Assembly (NCBI RefSeq): GCF_006345805.1
Contig: NC_043014.1
Span: 30,132,001-30,196,000, forward strand
Origin: Octopus sinensis
Taxonomy: Eukaryota
Reading direction: 5' to 3'
DNA: 64,000 nt
Translations under genes and position numbers: made by a program
Part shown: one piece after another, positions 14,848-27,855 of the stretch
Layout of the letters: every line of letters begins with the position of its first letter
Numbering within the stretch: the first letter of the stretch is position 1
The notes under the pieces: model-generated
Told to the model about the DNA's origin: nothing
Database searches by the model: none
What the model saw: only the letters and a program-made list of their open reading frames with translations

Positions 14848-15290
14848 TATAAGCAACTTCTAAGTAAGGGCTAAAGAAAATTATTTCAAAGCCAATATGC
14901 TGATAAGAGACTATTAAATCGTCAATTTCCACATATAATCTACTCGCTACAGAAAAAATTGAACTGAAGTCGGACAAGCTGGCCGTTAGAATATTTAATA
15001 TTCGTTATCTCTATATTGAATCAATTTCGGAATTAATCTCATAAAAGATTTATTCATATTCTCTCGTAAGCTCTACTCAAGACAAATAAATCTTTTATGA
15101 GATTAATTCCGAAATTGATTCAATATAGAGATAACGAATTTTAAATATTCTACGGCCAGCTTGCCCAACTTCAGTTCAATTTTTTCTGTAGCGAGTAGAT
15201 TATATGTGGAAATTGACGATTTAATAGTCTCTTATCAGCATATTGGCTTTGAAATAATTATCTTTAGCCCTTACTTATAAGTTGTTTATA
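14848..15290. repeat. Long near-perfect inverted repeat (arms 14848-15054 and 15085-15290, 30-nt loop) in the putative AMPD 3'UTR
   Basis: Manual alignment of the arms shows about 6 substitutions and 1 single-base indel over 207 bp. Confidence 0.97.
15049..15054 (-). promoter_or_regulatory. Candidate poly(A) signal AATAAA for AMPD
   Basis: tttatt on the + strand. It is the first canonical hexamer I found downstream of the stop; a variant ATTAAA lies at 15225-15220. Use is not demonstrated. Confidence 0.35.
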
Positions 15291-15417
15291 TATATATATA
15301 TATATTTATATGCATATATATGTATATTTATATGAATATATAACATGCATACACTCACACAAAGACACTCATTGGCACAAGCATACATGCACAACACTAA
15401 AACGCACATTCACTCAC

Positions 15418-15450
<33 letters not shown>

Positions 15451-15490
15451 TACATAAACATTACATAATCTCTACTTAATACTGGATACG

Positions 15491-15730
15491 TTAATAGCAA
15501 GTGAAATCATTTGTATGGAAATGAGGAAGGGCTTGTTTATGTATTTTTCTAATGTCGCTTGTGTTGCTGTCTGGGCTACCAGCTTGCAGTCCACGGCAGA
15601 TATACTGCAACTCTTCCACCAGCGTCTCATAGCGGTACGCCACTCGAATGTCTGGAACATTGGTACGACTCACATCATTCCCTGGAACTCCTTCACGTGT
15701 GTAATTAGGGCCTAACCAATGCTGTTTGAC
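15491..15730 (-). CDS. AMPD2: AMP deaminase (AMPD2-like) probable terminal coding exon
   Basis: [79 protein letters not shown]-stop. Matches the conserved AMPD C-terminus (WLG.NY...G..GND...TNVP.IR..YRYETL..EL). Acceptor tttgatgcAG at 15732-15731, phase 0. The last ~30 aa are non-conserved. Confidence 0.92.
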   Translation of the reverse strand, partial: VKQHWLGPNYTREGVPGNDVSRTNVPDIRVAYRYETLVEELQYICRGLQAGSPDSNTSDIRKIHKQALPHFHTNDFTCY

Positions 15731-16079
15731 CTGCATCAAATACAAAGATCACATTAACTTACAGTGAGGACAGAAGGGAGAGGCGGACATAAACCAAAAC
15801 ACCAAAAACAAAAAGGAAAAAGAAAACAACTAAAAGTGTAGATGAGTGCAAATGCACATGACATGTACATGTGTGTGTGTGTGTTTAAATGGATGATGAT
15901 GGTGGTGGTGTGTTGAAAAGATTGCATATGTTAATTGCTATTTTCAATGCTCAAAAAGCCTCCTACTCCCTTTATAAACTTTCTAGTTTGTGGATCTTGA
16001 GGTGGACTGAACTAGTCAGTTCTATGTATAAACTCTTTAATAAATTCTGCCTACTCTAAACTAGTTTCTAAACTCTGTG

Positions 16080-16630
16080 TGAGATGTGTGTGTGTGTGTG
16101 TGTGTGTAAGCTTATTTGTGTCTGTGGTCTGTATATATGTGTGTGTGTGAGTGTAGGTGTGTCTACCTCAGTCTGTTTAACTTTGTAATTATGTATAAAT
16201 ATGTGTATGTCAATGTATACTTGTATGTGTGTGTGTGTATGTCAATGCGTACATGTATGTGTGTATGCACATGTGAGTGTATATGTGTATTTGTATGCAT
16301 GTATGTGTGTGTATTTTTATGTGTATGTCAATGCGTATCTGTATGAATGTATGTGTGTGCATGAGTGTGTGTATGTGTATGTCAATATGTATATGTATGC
16401 ATGTGTGTATGCACATGTGTGTATATGTGTATGCCAATGCATACATGTATGCATGTATATGTGTGCATGTGTTTATATATATGTTAATATATATATGTAT
16501 GCAGGTATGTGTGCATGTGCATGTGTGCATACATGTTTCTGGCAATACATATATGTATGCATGTATGTGCATGTGCATGCATGTCTGTGTACATATATGT
16601 ATGTATGCATGTGTGTGTGTGTGTGTGTGA
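16080..16630. repeat. Long cryptic (TG/TATG/TGCA) microsatellite tract
   Basis: Alternating purine-pyrimidine tract; source of the spurious CVCM/HTHI ORFs. Confidence 0.9.
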
Positions 16631-16699
16631 GAGAGTATGTATTTAAAAGTTTTTGCAAAATGTATTATACTTAATACAGTCAGAATATTTTTAAAAAAA

Positions 16700-17520
16700 G
16701 AGTTTCTTGAAAGTTATTAACTATTTAAAAAAATATTTTAAATTCAGAATGTCATAAACCTTGGGGAAAGGAGTTTTCATATTGTGTGTATTTTGTATTG
16801 TGAGCACTTTTATTGTTCAACTTTTCAGACACATGTGTTCTGGGCTAATCCATATAGAAGAAGTTGTTTTTAGTAGTAGTGTTGGCTATTTCTGGTTTGA
16901 TTTTAGATTTAGAATTCTTATAAAGTATTCTTTTTTTTAGCCTATTTTGTAAAAAGGGAATATTTTGAATTTTCCTTTTGCACAAATGTCTAGATGTTTA
17001 CAGTATGGAACATTTCTTAAAAATGAATATCTAATTTGCTGTTTGTGCACACTCACATGGTTGGTTAGTTTTGTACATGTTTCTCTAATGTAATTTTCAT
17101 TGCATTGTGGTCATGAGACTCAACAGACAAGATTTTTTGTTTTGCAATTCATGCTGGGATTCACCTTCAATTCCTACTCATTCTTGAATCTTTTAGTTTT
17201 TTCTTCAATTATTTCACACGTCTCACAAGAGTCTCCATAGTTTTTTACCGACATATTTCTATCTCTGATGTGAATTACACCTTTGTTAGAAGTCTATTGA
17301 GACTTGGTGGTTGTCTTCAGTAGTTTATGATTTGTGATTCTCTAATTGTTTGTCAAAGATTCGATGGTAGTTCTAGAATTGGACCCTAGTTCCATCAGGA
17401 TGATATGGATTTCCTAAACCATGTTCCAGAAAGAGTAGATAAAGAAATGGCCCTGGTTATTTTCAATGTAACCAGTCTCTACACAGATATCTCCCATGGA
17501 TTAGAATTACTAACAGTAGA
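16700..17520 (-). mobile_element. Penelope-like element remnant (GIY-YIG on minus strand, with an inverted RT fragment)
   Basis: Minus strand about 17165-17040 reads MNCKTKNLV...CNENYI.ET-like. Plus strand 17398-17510 reads DDMDFLNHVPERVDKEMALVIFNVTSLYTDISHGL, the PLE RT motif FDV.SLYTNI. Confidence 0.6.
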
Positions 17521-17759
17521 ATTCACTGATGATGAATCCTAGTATTTGTGGAGATATCATCAGGGATCCACTTTTATGCTGTTCATATTTAGCAGAACAT
17601 GCTGCAATAATAACCATGTTAGTAACAGAACAGTTTATCTCATCACACACAAAACATTGCTGATGTAACAATGCTAATGAGAATATAATGCATAATCTCA
17701 TACATATTGTCAACAGCAGCAGCAACAGCAGCAGTGGGTGTTCCTCATTTGTTAATACA

Positions 17760-18270
17760 GGTACCTCCTGCATTATGAAAAGATTGCAGTTCTAAAAAAA
17801 TTGTATCATTATGTGGAATTCCATAAAGTGAAATATATTTCCCACTGACTTTCATTTTTCATTGATTTCCCAGTAATATGGAAATGAATGGGAAAAAGAA
17901 GTTCACATACAGGATGATACCATACGGCAAGATTTTCAGGAAAGCAGTATTTCCATAACATGGGGGATGCCTGTATTATTTCAATCTTCCTCTTCTTTCT
18001 TATTTGTTCTGTTGGTATTTCTGATGACCAACAAAACTGATCCTTGCAACAAGCAACACTTAATAGATGGAGGCAAAACTGATTGGAATAAGTGGATTTT
18101 TCCTTTGTGTCATTTGCCCTCTTTGTTTTTGCAATGTTCTCGTTCAAATAGTTTTGCTGCAATTAAGACAGTCTGATGCTAGAGTTTGCAATAAGCTGCT
18201 TGTTCTTCCCAGATTTTCAGGTTGATATTGGTCTTCTTATCATATTTGAGTTGGTCTTTATAACATTATG
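17760..18270 (-). mobile_element. Probable Penelope-like RT C-terminal remnant
   Basis: Highly degraded HP.HTK.SIP.SQ-like region; weak. Confidence 0.35.
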
Positions 18271-18818
18271 TGAACATAATCAACATTGATGGAAGTACAT
18301 TACAATATATAATGGGAGTACGATGTAATATGGAGTACAATAGAAATAATACTGATGAATCATTGTAAGGTGCAAATATGATGTACTTTGTATCACACAT
18401 TGAAATGTTTGAGAGTTAGCTTAAGTACATGGGTCACATTACAGGCAAGAACATTACTGAGATATTAATGTCAGTAACAGTATAAGTTACAGTTAATATC
18501 ATATAAAGGAAAGTCTCTGAAATATCAATATAGATAGCAATACAAAGTGTCACACATGAACAGTGTGTGAATTCAAAGTATTGAATATTCAGATTGGATT
18601 ATACTATTGATATTTCATTGTTAGCAATGTCATAAGGTATTTAATATTAGAAATTAAAAGGCCACTGATATTTCAGTATTCAGAGTACAAGGTGTCTTAT
18701 TCAGAATATCATACATACTCATATATCTTTTTTAGTGTAACAACTAGAGAAATAGTATCATCATATATGGGAATACCTCATATACAGACATACAAAGTTA
18801 TATCAATAGTAAACAAAC

Positions 18819-18929
18819 CTCATGAGGGAATCCACTCTGTAGAACACTGTTGCGGGCAATCTCACACATATCACAAGTGCTTAACTTCCACACCTGGGTG
18901 GCAATACTGTACTCTTCCATCAGAGGTTC
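18819..18929 (-). CDS. AMPD2: AMP deaminase (AMPD2-like) penultimate exon
   Basis: 111 nt, 37 codons: [37 protein letters not shown]. Found by reading; not in the ORF track. Acceptor ttacttgcAG at 18931-18930, donor GTTTGT from 18818. Continues ...HFTK in frame as in known AMPD proteins. Confidence 0.96.
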
Positions 18930-19879
18930 CTGCAAGTAAAATTAAAAGAAGGGATTAAGTTACGATAAGATTAGAGACACACCAGCTGAAGTTTTGACTC
19001 ATTAGCTTCCAGCAATCATTATGGAGGGTGAATTTAATACAACTGCTTGGTCCTTGGATGGTTTTAGTGAAGTTCAATTTCTTTTTCACATTCAAACCAT
19101 TCTTTTCCCTCCTACTATTGTTCTTGCCGTTATTGACCTGAAGATGTTCAATCTGAGGGTGACTAACTGAAAAAAATCATGAACACTGCACACTTTCCTT
19201 TAACTAACTTATTATGGTGTAAAATTAATGTTGTGCCCCAAAAGTATAACTTAAACATTCAATAACTATAGTGATCAAATAAACAGCAGACTGAAATAAA
19301 TGTTGGGGGTTGATGTGATAGACTAAAACCCTTAATGGCAGTGATCCAGCATGGCCTCAGTCCAATGACTAATCTTTTATTTTTTACTTGTTTCAATCAT
19401 TGGACTGCAGCCATGCTGGGGCACCACCTTGAAGGATTTAACTGAATAAATTGCTCCCAGTACTTGTTTTTAAACCTGGTACTTCAATCAGTCCCTTTTT
19501 GCTGGACCACTAAGTTACAGGGATGTAAACAAACTAACACTGGTTGTCAAGCAGTGATGGGGGACAAGTACAAATACAAAGACACATACACACATGCACA
19601 TGTACCTCCTCTGTAGCAAGACACCTATTTCTGCCTCTCTATTTCTCTGTCACACTCTAACCTTTCATCTGATACTGGATCACCTCCTCTAATGCCCCCT
19701 CTGTTGTGACAAGACACCTGCTTCTGTCTCTCTGTCTCTTTGTCACACTCTAACTTTTCCTCCTCTGGCACAAGTTCCCCTCTTCAAATGCCCCTGCCCC
19801 TCTTGTAATTCCTTGTATTGCAAGTTAATTAAAGAGCAGGGTTAAGCCATATAACTTCCCATTTTCTCATTGTTTTACT

Positions 19880-20390
19880 TCCAGTTTGCCTATACTTATT
19901 ATTGTTATTATACATGTTAGGATAACTAGGATGTCTCCTAAAATGATAGAGGTCCTGTTGTTCAGGAGGGGTTTTTTTTATGAGCAAGGTATCAATACCT
20001 AATTCAGCTATATTTGGAAAAGCTCACCTAATCTATATATGAATAGGGTATCTTTAACATATCTTCATTAAAACCACTATTCCTCAAAGCTGTGTTACAG
20101 ATAGGCACCATGTATTAAAAACTATTTGGTTTGCCAACTGGTTGGATATTCTAATTGAGACTTGCCTAATCACTCCATTGATAACACTTTGGGGGTGGTT
20201 AGATAGTGCATGGATATATTGGATGGTTTTATTCGGCTTGTATCCAAATTTAATGTTACATTTTATTCAGCTTGTATCCAAATTTAATGTTACATCAAAA
20301 AGTTAACAATTTTAGTGGTATTTTTGAACAAGATCTCTAAATTATATATCTTAAAGAATTTGACTAATTTTTTCTACATTCTATCAATTG
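19880..20390 (-). mobile_element. Penelope-like RT remnant with a 33-bp tandem duplication (about 20227-20293)
   Basis: FN...P.YNTALRNSGFNE-like motif; similar to 40100-40560. Confidence 0.45.
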
Positions 20391-20402
20391 TTTTTGAACT
20401 AA

Positions 20403-20568
20403 TGGCATAGGAGTGGCTGTGTGGTAAGTAGCTTGCTTACGAACCATATGGTTCCGGGTTCAGTACCACTGTGTGGCACCTTGGGTAAGTGTCTTCTACT
20501 ATAGCCTCAGGCCGACCAAAGCCTTGTGAGTGGATTTGGTAGACGGAAACTGAAAGAAGCCTGTCGTA

Positions 20569-20637
<69 letters not shown>

Positions 20638-20865
20638 TGTATGTGCGTGTTTGTATGTCTGTGTTTGTCCCCCAACATCGCTTGACAACTGATGCTGGTG
20701 TGTTTACGTCCCCGTAACTTAGCGGTTTGCCAAAAAAGAGACTGATAAAATAAGTACTAGGCTTACAAAGAATAAGTCCTGGGGTCGATTTGATCGACTA
20801 AAGGCAGTGCTCCAGCATGACCACAGTCACATGACTGAAACAAGTAAAAGAGAGTAAAGAGAGAG
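20403..20865 (+). mobile_element. SINE family A, full length
   Basis: Same head, central TA tract and tail as 11179-11605. Confidence 0.88.
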
Positions 20866-21334
20866 AGTATTCCTTTTATATGAAAATGTTCATCCATTAT
20901 AATATTCACAAATTTTACGGAACTCTGCATTCTACTTTTACAAATATTTTCATCTTTATTTGCACAAAGATTTTATTTTTGCAAATATTTTTCACTTTAC
21001 AATGATTTTTACAATATCTTTACGAACTTTTCTAAAAAACTAAAACATTATTTTGAAATGCTCCTATGCTCTGTAAGTAGATAATATTTTAAAACTATTT
21101 TAAAACTATTTTAAAAATATTTTAATTGCTTAATGTACTTCTGATGAGATAAATGTGGTCATTTGTATTGGCTGGAAGATTTGCCCAATACAAACACAAT
21201 TTGCTGAAACAATCGTAAGGATATATACTTTATTATATACTACTGCTCATCAAAGTTCATTGTTGACTTGTAATATTGGAATACTTGACATCTAAAAGTT
21301 CTGATGAATCTACATCTATATATATATATACACA

Positions 21335-21370
<36 letters not shown>

Positions 21371-21384
21371 CATAAATACATATA

Positions 21385-21520
21385 TATCATCATCATCATC
21401 ATCATCATTTAACGTCCGCTTTCCATGCTAGCATGGGTTGGACGGTTCAACTGGGGTCTGGGGAGCCGAAAGCTGCACCAGTCCAGTCAGATCTGGCAGT
21501 GTTTCTACAGCTGGATGCCC

Positions 21521-21525
<5 letters not shown>
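21385..21525 (-). mobile_element. RTE 3'-end-type element ((GAT)n tail), truncated at a TA tract
   Basis: (CAT)n-tttaacgtccgctttccatgctagcatgggttggacg on + strand. Other copies at about 6960-7170, 10880-11030, 14090-14200, 34225-34420, 36720-36975, 38485-38720, 38890-39200, 48890-49160. Confidence 0.75.
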
Positions 21526-21566
<41 letters not shown>

Positions 21567-22989
21567 CATACATATATATATGCATGGTGGTATACTTTCA
21601 GCTTCTGTCTACCAAATCCATTCACAAAGCTTTGGTTAACCTAGGGCTATTGTAGAAGACACTTGTCCAAGATGCCAAACAGTGGGACTAAATTCAAAAC
21701 TATATCGTTGGGTAGCAAGCTTCTTATCACCCAGTCATGCCTGCAACTATGAAAAGAATATGTTATACACATACGTATTATGCATATATATATATACACA
21801 GGTAGCAACATGGTCTTCAGCTACCTTTAGTGACGTTTATTTTATTGTAAAAGACAGATATACAGAAAATTTATGTGACTGAAAATGAAAGTGGAGATTT
21901 ATGTGACTGGTGCCTCAGTTGTGTGGTGGGGTCTACCTGCAAAGTCATAATGCTCTTCTCCACCTCACCTTCACTAACAAAAAGACAGGTTCAAACATAA
22001 CAACCATTACTATATTGACAATGATGTAATCTCAAGGCAAAATATTGCCATATTTCCTCTGTGTGTCTCAGTAGCTGTGTTGATGTTGTTAAACCCTTGT
22101 TCAGCCTTGTGCAAGCAGACTTATGATCAAAGACATTACAGCTATGACCATCTTGCCTTTTCATAAACACACTGCACCTAAGGCCACATTATCTTAAAGT
22201 TTCTTTGCCTCAGACAGTAAAGTAGGGTTTCAGGAAAATTGGCTGCTATTTCTAGCTGGTTGAGTGACTGTGTAGAGGCTTCTTCATCAGCTTGACTACT
22301 TAACTACTTGGTTCTGTGATCAGCTGATCAATAGTTCAAACCTTGTATCTACACCGGCATTACAGTGAGGTCTCCAGACAAAATACAGCATTTTACTTAA
22401 ATACCTCAGTCTGCCTGGCTTACAAAAGGTTGGTTGCTGACTTTGCAGATTAGCAGAGGCATAGCTGAAGAAGCAATTGATCTAATTATATTCAAATAAC
22501 CATCTCACTTCTATGTTAAGTTGATAAAATGAATGTAAAACATTAGAAGGTGAATGAATAAATATATTCAAACTAGTTAACAGAAAAATAGATCAGCTTT
22601 TGTTGCTGATGAAGACAACCAACCAACCAACAAACAAGCAAGCCAGTCAGACAGTCAATGTACGAACTATATATATTATAAATATTCAAACAATCATCCG
22701 AATCTATCCAACTGACAGAAAAAGTATGGTATTGTTGTTATTTTGTCTGCAATAGCCAGATGTGTGTGCAGTAAGCTATGTGTGTGTATATGTGTGTAGC
22801 AATCCAGGTCTACATGCTGTAAGGTAAGTTACATGTATGTGAAAGTAAGCTAGGCATGTCTGTAGCAAGCCAGATATGTACATAAACAGGGTCATATGAA
22901 TATAGTAAGCTACACACATATGCATGCATGTATGTGTGTGGAGAGTAGGAGAAATGGGAGAAAGAGAGGAGAAAGGAGAGAGAGGGAGG

Positions 22990-23800
22990 TGGGGAATGAT
23001 AATCCTGATCTTATAGTGGAGTCACTAGTAGAATTAGAAAAGAAATTCCAGGTGTGGGAACAAAACCTGGAATCAAAAGCATTAAAGTTAACTTAGAAAA
23101 GATATAAGTTCTAGTAAGCAGGAAAACAGACAGGACTCAATCCCTTCAAGTAAATGGCCCTACTTGATATATAAGAAAGGTGCAGGTAGGAATTCCTTAC
23201 AGTGTACCAAATGCAAGCTATGGATACACAAGAGGTACAGTGGGATCATGGAGAGACTAACAGAGGAAGATGTACAGGAGCAATAAACACAAAGACATAC
23301 AGGAAATAGATTTTCTCGAATGCCCAGGAGGCTCTTTTGAGGTAGAATATACTACTTTCTGTTACAGAGGTAATCTAATTTGCAGCAGTGGAGGATGTGC
23401 TGAAAGTATAGTTGCTAAAATAAGAATAGAACAGAGAAATTTCAGAAAGCTGTTACCTCTGTTGGCAACAAAAGATCTCTCTCTCTCTTTCTCTGAGTGA
23501 AAAGCAGACTGTATGATGCTTTGTATGAGCTGTAATGCTACATAATGAAAAGTGAGCATTGAATGCAGAGGACATTGCAGAGACTAAAGAGGAATGAAGC
23601 TAAGTGGTCATAACAGGTGACAAATTGTGTGTCTATGGCAATGAACTCAAAACTAAGGCTCAGTTTTTACAGTGGAAGACTTCAAAATGTTGAAGAAATC
23701 CAAGGGAATGCGATGAGACAGCTGCTTCCTATCCCAAAAATGGAGTCCAAGGAAGCTTCCATCAGTGAAAACAATACCGGATTACTTTGAAGGAGGAGAT
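22990..23800 (+). mobile_element. RTE LINE fragment (RT C-terminal and Cys-rich region)
   Basis: ESLVELEKKFQVW.QNLESK.LK, then KWP...C.KG.GRNS, then FRKLLPLLATK; frameshifted. Confidence 0.75.
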
Positions 23801-25292
23801 TAAATACAGAATTGATATGTGGTAGTTTTGTTTTTATAGCACAAGTCCCAATACTCTCTGATCAAACCTCACTTGCACATGTGCGTGTGTGTATGGGGGG
23901 GGTGCATGCAAGTGCGTGTGTACATTTATGTATATATGCATATGTGTGTGTGTGTGTGTATAAAAATGCATACATACATACACACATTACACACACACAC
24001 ACACACACATACACACACACAAAGACTAAATCATGCAGTTGTGTGTCTATGTGAGTAGTAGACCAGGTCTGTGTGAATAGGAAGCTAAATAGTAACCCAA
24101 AAACTGAAGTTGGGCTTAAAATCTTAATTGCAAAAACCTTTCGATAATATATTTAAACTGGGCTTTTTTGGTAATCAAAATAAAAGGAAAGAAGGGAGGG
24201 TATAAGCATGTATTTAATGTGCTTCATATTGACTGACCGAACTCTTGGAGAAGCCAAACATAGATGTTAAGTTCTCAATAAACCAATTGCATGATGCATG
24301 AAAAAGATACAAATTCAGATTGCAATTGCTTCATTTAAGTTGCTTACTATAACCATTGGGCAAGATGTGTCACTAGTCCCATCTGACCACTCATTAATCG
24401 ATACTTCTTCTGGTCACAAAATCTCCTTCAGGTGATTCACATTACACTGACATGCAATACTGACCATTATATAAGATAAAGTAACAGCTAAGTACTGGGA
24501 TCAGTTTAGTGTCCCTTTAAAACATCCAGCATGTGAATTGAATTACCAGAGAGTCTCTTTAATTATTCATTATTAACATTTATCTTATGATCCACATTCA
24601 ATAATAATTAATGATAATTACTTAACACACCTAATAAGTCAATATTTTATTTACGAGATACTCAGTGAAACTTAGGGTAAAAAATAATCCTTTAGTCAAA
24701 TACAGAGAGAAAGGAGAGGGAGAGAGAGTAAGCAAGAAAAGTACATGTCTGATCAAGTTTAACAGTCAAAGTATTGTGATTTTGATTTATATAGATTTCC
24801 TATATTATTTGTATATTAGTGTTTTGGTTGAACAAAATACTGGACCAATAATACTAGCAGATTTTTCAGTTGATTAATAAGTTGGCTAGTTGGACTGTCT
24901 GTCTCTGTCTATGTAGCCTAAAAAGTTAAATCTGTGCAAGTCAGGAGAGTTGTCTATCACCACAAACTTCTTGCTTTTGAGTGGCTTAAAATTGAAACCT
25001 TCCATCAAAATTTGATATTAATTTATGCTTGAAACATAATGACAGTTATTTTATTAAATTCTTTGCTATTTTAAAAATTAATTGAAAGAAAGACAGAAAA
25101 TTTCAATATAAATTTGGTAATGAAAGGGTTTATTTTGCTTGAGTCCTTAAAAGTCAACAAATGTGGTCACTCAACCTTCTACAAATAGCAACCAAACCAC
25201 TTCAAATCACACCTTACCATTTTAAAGAAAAGAAGGCTATACTGGGTGATGTCGCCTTTGATACACTATCATCTGAAAAATGATAGGATGGT

Positions 25293-25624
25293 CACAACTA
25301 TATATACAATGGAGCTTCTTTTAGTTTCCACCTACCAAAGCCACCCACGAGGCTTTGGTCAGCCTGAGGATATAGTAGAAGATACCTTACCAAGGTGCTA
25401 CATAGTGGGACTGAACCTGGAACCATGTGGTTGAGAAGCAAGCTTCCTCCCACACAGCCATGCCTGCACCTTTAAATTGCAACACTTAAATTGCAGGAAC
25501 AGTCAACATATGGCTTCTAGTAAGCTATTCGAACAATCCATGGTTTATATTTAAAAGCATTTTGAGAAGCCCAAACATCTAAACCTCTGCTCATCCTCTC
25601 AGGCAATGTAAAATTCCACTGCAA
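25293..25624. repeat. 332-bp direct duplicate of 28756-29087
   Basis: Near-identical across a SINE half plus non-SINE flank; constant offset 3463. Confidence 0.93.
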
Positions 25625-26439
25625 AACATACATTTGATTGTATGTTTTCTGAATGGCAGATTACTCAACTAAATATTTTGTGCTAATAGAGTCAATATGA
25701 TTGACTAAACAAGACAGTGCCCTATCACAACCTCAGTAAAATATTTCATGAACAACTGTATATAGTGTGTATGAATATATTACACTTTGTATGAATGAGT
25801 GTGTTACATTATAAGGCACAAAAAGAAAATGACTCTCCCCAGACACAACAGAATATGCTTCAACACACGAACTCATATAAAGAATCTTGCAAACCAAATC
25901 CAAAATTGAAATATGTATATAAATATATATATTTATATGTATGTCTCTCTTTCTCTCTCTCTCTCTCACACACACACATACACACACACATATGCATGGC
26001 TGTTTTATGGTTTCATTATTTCATGGCCTTTTGTTATCGGTGCAAAATATATATTTCATTCTTAGTTTTATCAGTGCAAAACATTATTTGATAACTTATA
26101 TTTATTTTTTAATTCTTTATAAGTCACCCTATTGCTTATACAAGAAGCATTCTACATTATAATCCAGTTCATTGTGTAGACAAGTAACACACAACTACCA
26201 AAATGTATTCTAAAGGAAATAAGTGAAAGAGACTAAAAAAATGAGGTGACTTTTGACAATCACCTGACTAGACACATCTGCACTTACAAGGCACCACAAC
26301 TGTTTGTATAGCATATCATGCATGAAGCACCATTGTACAATGGGTCGAAATGATTGTAGTGAATAAGAAAGAGTCTCATGAATTCCATTTTCTTTCTTTC
26401 ATATTTTTATATACACACATATTTATATATCCTTTAGCT

Positions 26440-26660
26440 TTTACTTTTCACTTGTTTCAGTCATTTGACTGTGGCCATACTGGGGCAACCAACTTCAAGA
26501 TTTTTCTAGTCAAACAGATCAACTCCAGGACATTTTTTTTTAAAGCTTAAAACTTATTTTATTGGTCACTTTTATTGAACTGCTAAGTTATATGGATGTA
26601 AATACAGCAACACTGGCTATCAAGCAGTGGTGGGAGACAAATTCATTCACAAACACACAT

Positions 26661-26697
<37 letters not shown>

Positions 26698-26860
26698 TGA
26701 CAGGTGTCCTTCAATTTCTATCTACCAAATCCACCCAGAAGGCTTTGGTTGGCCTGAGGCTCTGAGGCTATAGTAGAAGACACTTGCCCAAGTTGCCACG
26801 CAGTGGGACTGAACCCAGTACCATGTGGTTGAGAAGCAAACTTCTTACCACACACATCAT
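26440..26860 (-). mobile_element. SINE family A, diverged
   Basis: Reverse complement of the family A tail and head. Confidence 0.8.
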
Positions 26861-27027
26861 CATCATCAGCAGCAGCAGCATCATGCCTGAGGAAGGCTAA
26901 CAGTATGAAGCTTTGAAGTAACTGACACTTCTAAATATATTATAAATATGTATTCTATAGAAAGTATTGAATAAACTTTCAGTTTAATGTTAAGTTGTTT
27001 TTATTACAACTCAATATAAAGACAAAC

Positions 27028-27109
<82 letters not shown>

Positions 27110-27660
27110 CAAGAAAAAAGCAACAAGAATGGATCGGTAGATTAGTACAATTGTTTCATACTATAAACATTTTATTTCAAGCTGCAAATATTACAGCAAA
27201 TATAATGTCAAGTATTCATCAGCTAAATCACATATAGGTTTTCCAAGTTTCTTGTAGAGTGTAAATATCCTTATGAAGTTATAGGAGTGAGTTCCATGAA
27301 TCTGAAGTAAGATTCCAAGCATACTATATTTATAGTATATATATAAGAGAGGTATTGGTATCCAGAAAACCCAAGGTTGCAAGTAAGGTTATGTAAGTGC
27401 TATGGAATGACCATAGTTAAACTCTTGGTTCAATAATAATATGAGTGAGAAGCCTAATGCAGGTCTTGTATGAGCATGTGTATATATGTATATGTATGTA
27501 AAATTACAAATAAGGAAACAATTTTTAGTGGCTAATACCATAGCGGATCTATTTTTAGCGCTAGAGTCGACCATATAGTTGTCACTCTCTCTTATATTTA
27601 TATATGTATGTATGTATAAATGCATGCACATGCACACACACATATGTGTGCATAAGTATG

Positions 27661-27702
<42 letters not shown>

Positions 27703-27796
27703 TATAATGAAGAAGGAAAGTGAGTATAAGTAGATTCAATGTAATGCAATATTTTAAAACTTTATCTACTCTCACCACTGATAAACATCACACATA

Positions 27797-27855
<59 letters not shown>

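Larger units (their letters stand above)
15731..18818 (-). other. AMPD intron, 3,088 bp, GT-AG
   Basis: Lies between GFPHE and VKQHW exons. Confidence 0.9.

Noticed and set aside
21937-21973. 37-nt possible poison exon in the AMPD intron (ttttgttAG TGA...CAG GTAGAC)
   Set aside because: Such splice-like pairs arise often by chance in 38 kb, and there is no conservation or expression evidence.
26881-26930. CTGAGGA...TGAAG hammerhead-like motif
   Set aside because: No GAAAC and no pairing stems; too degenerate to support.
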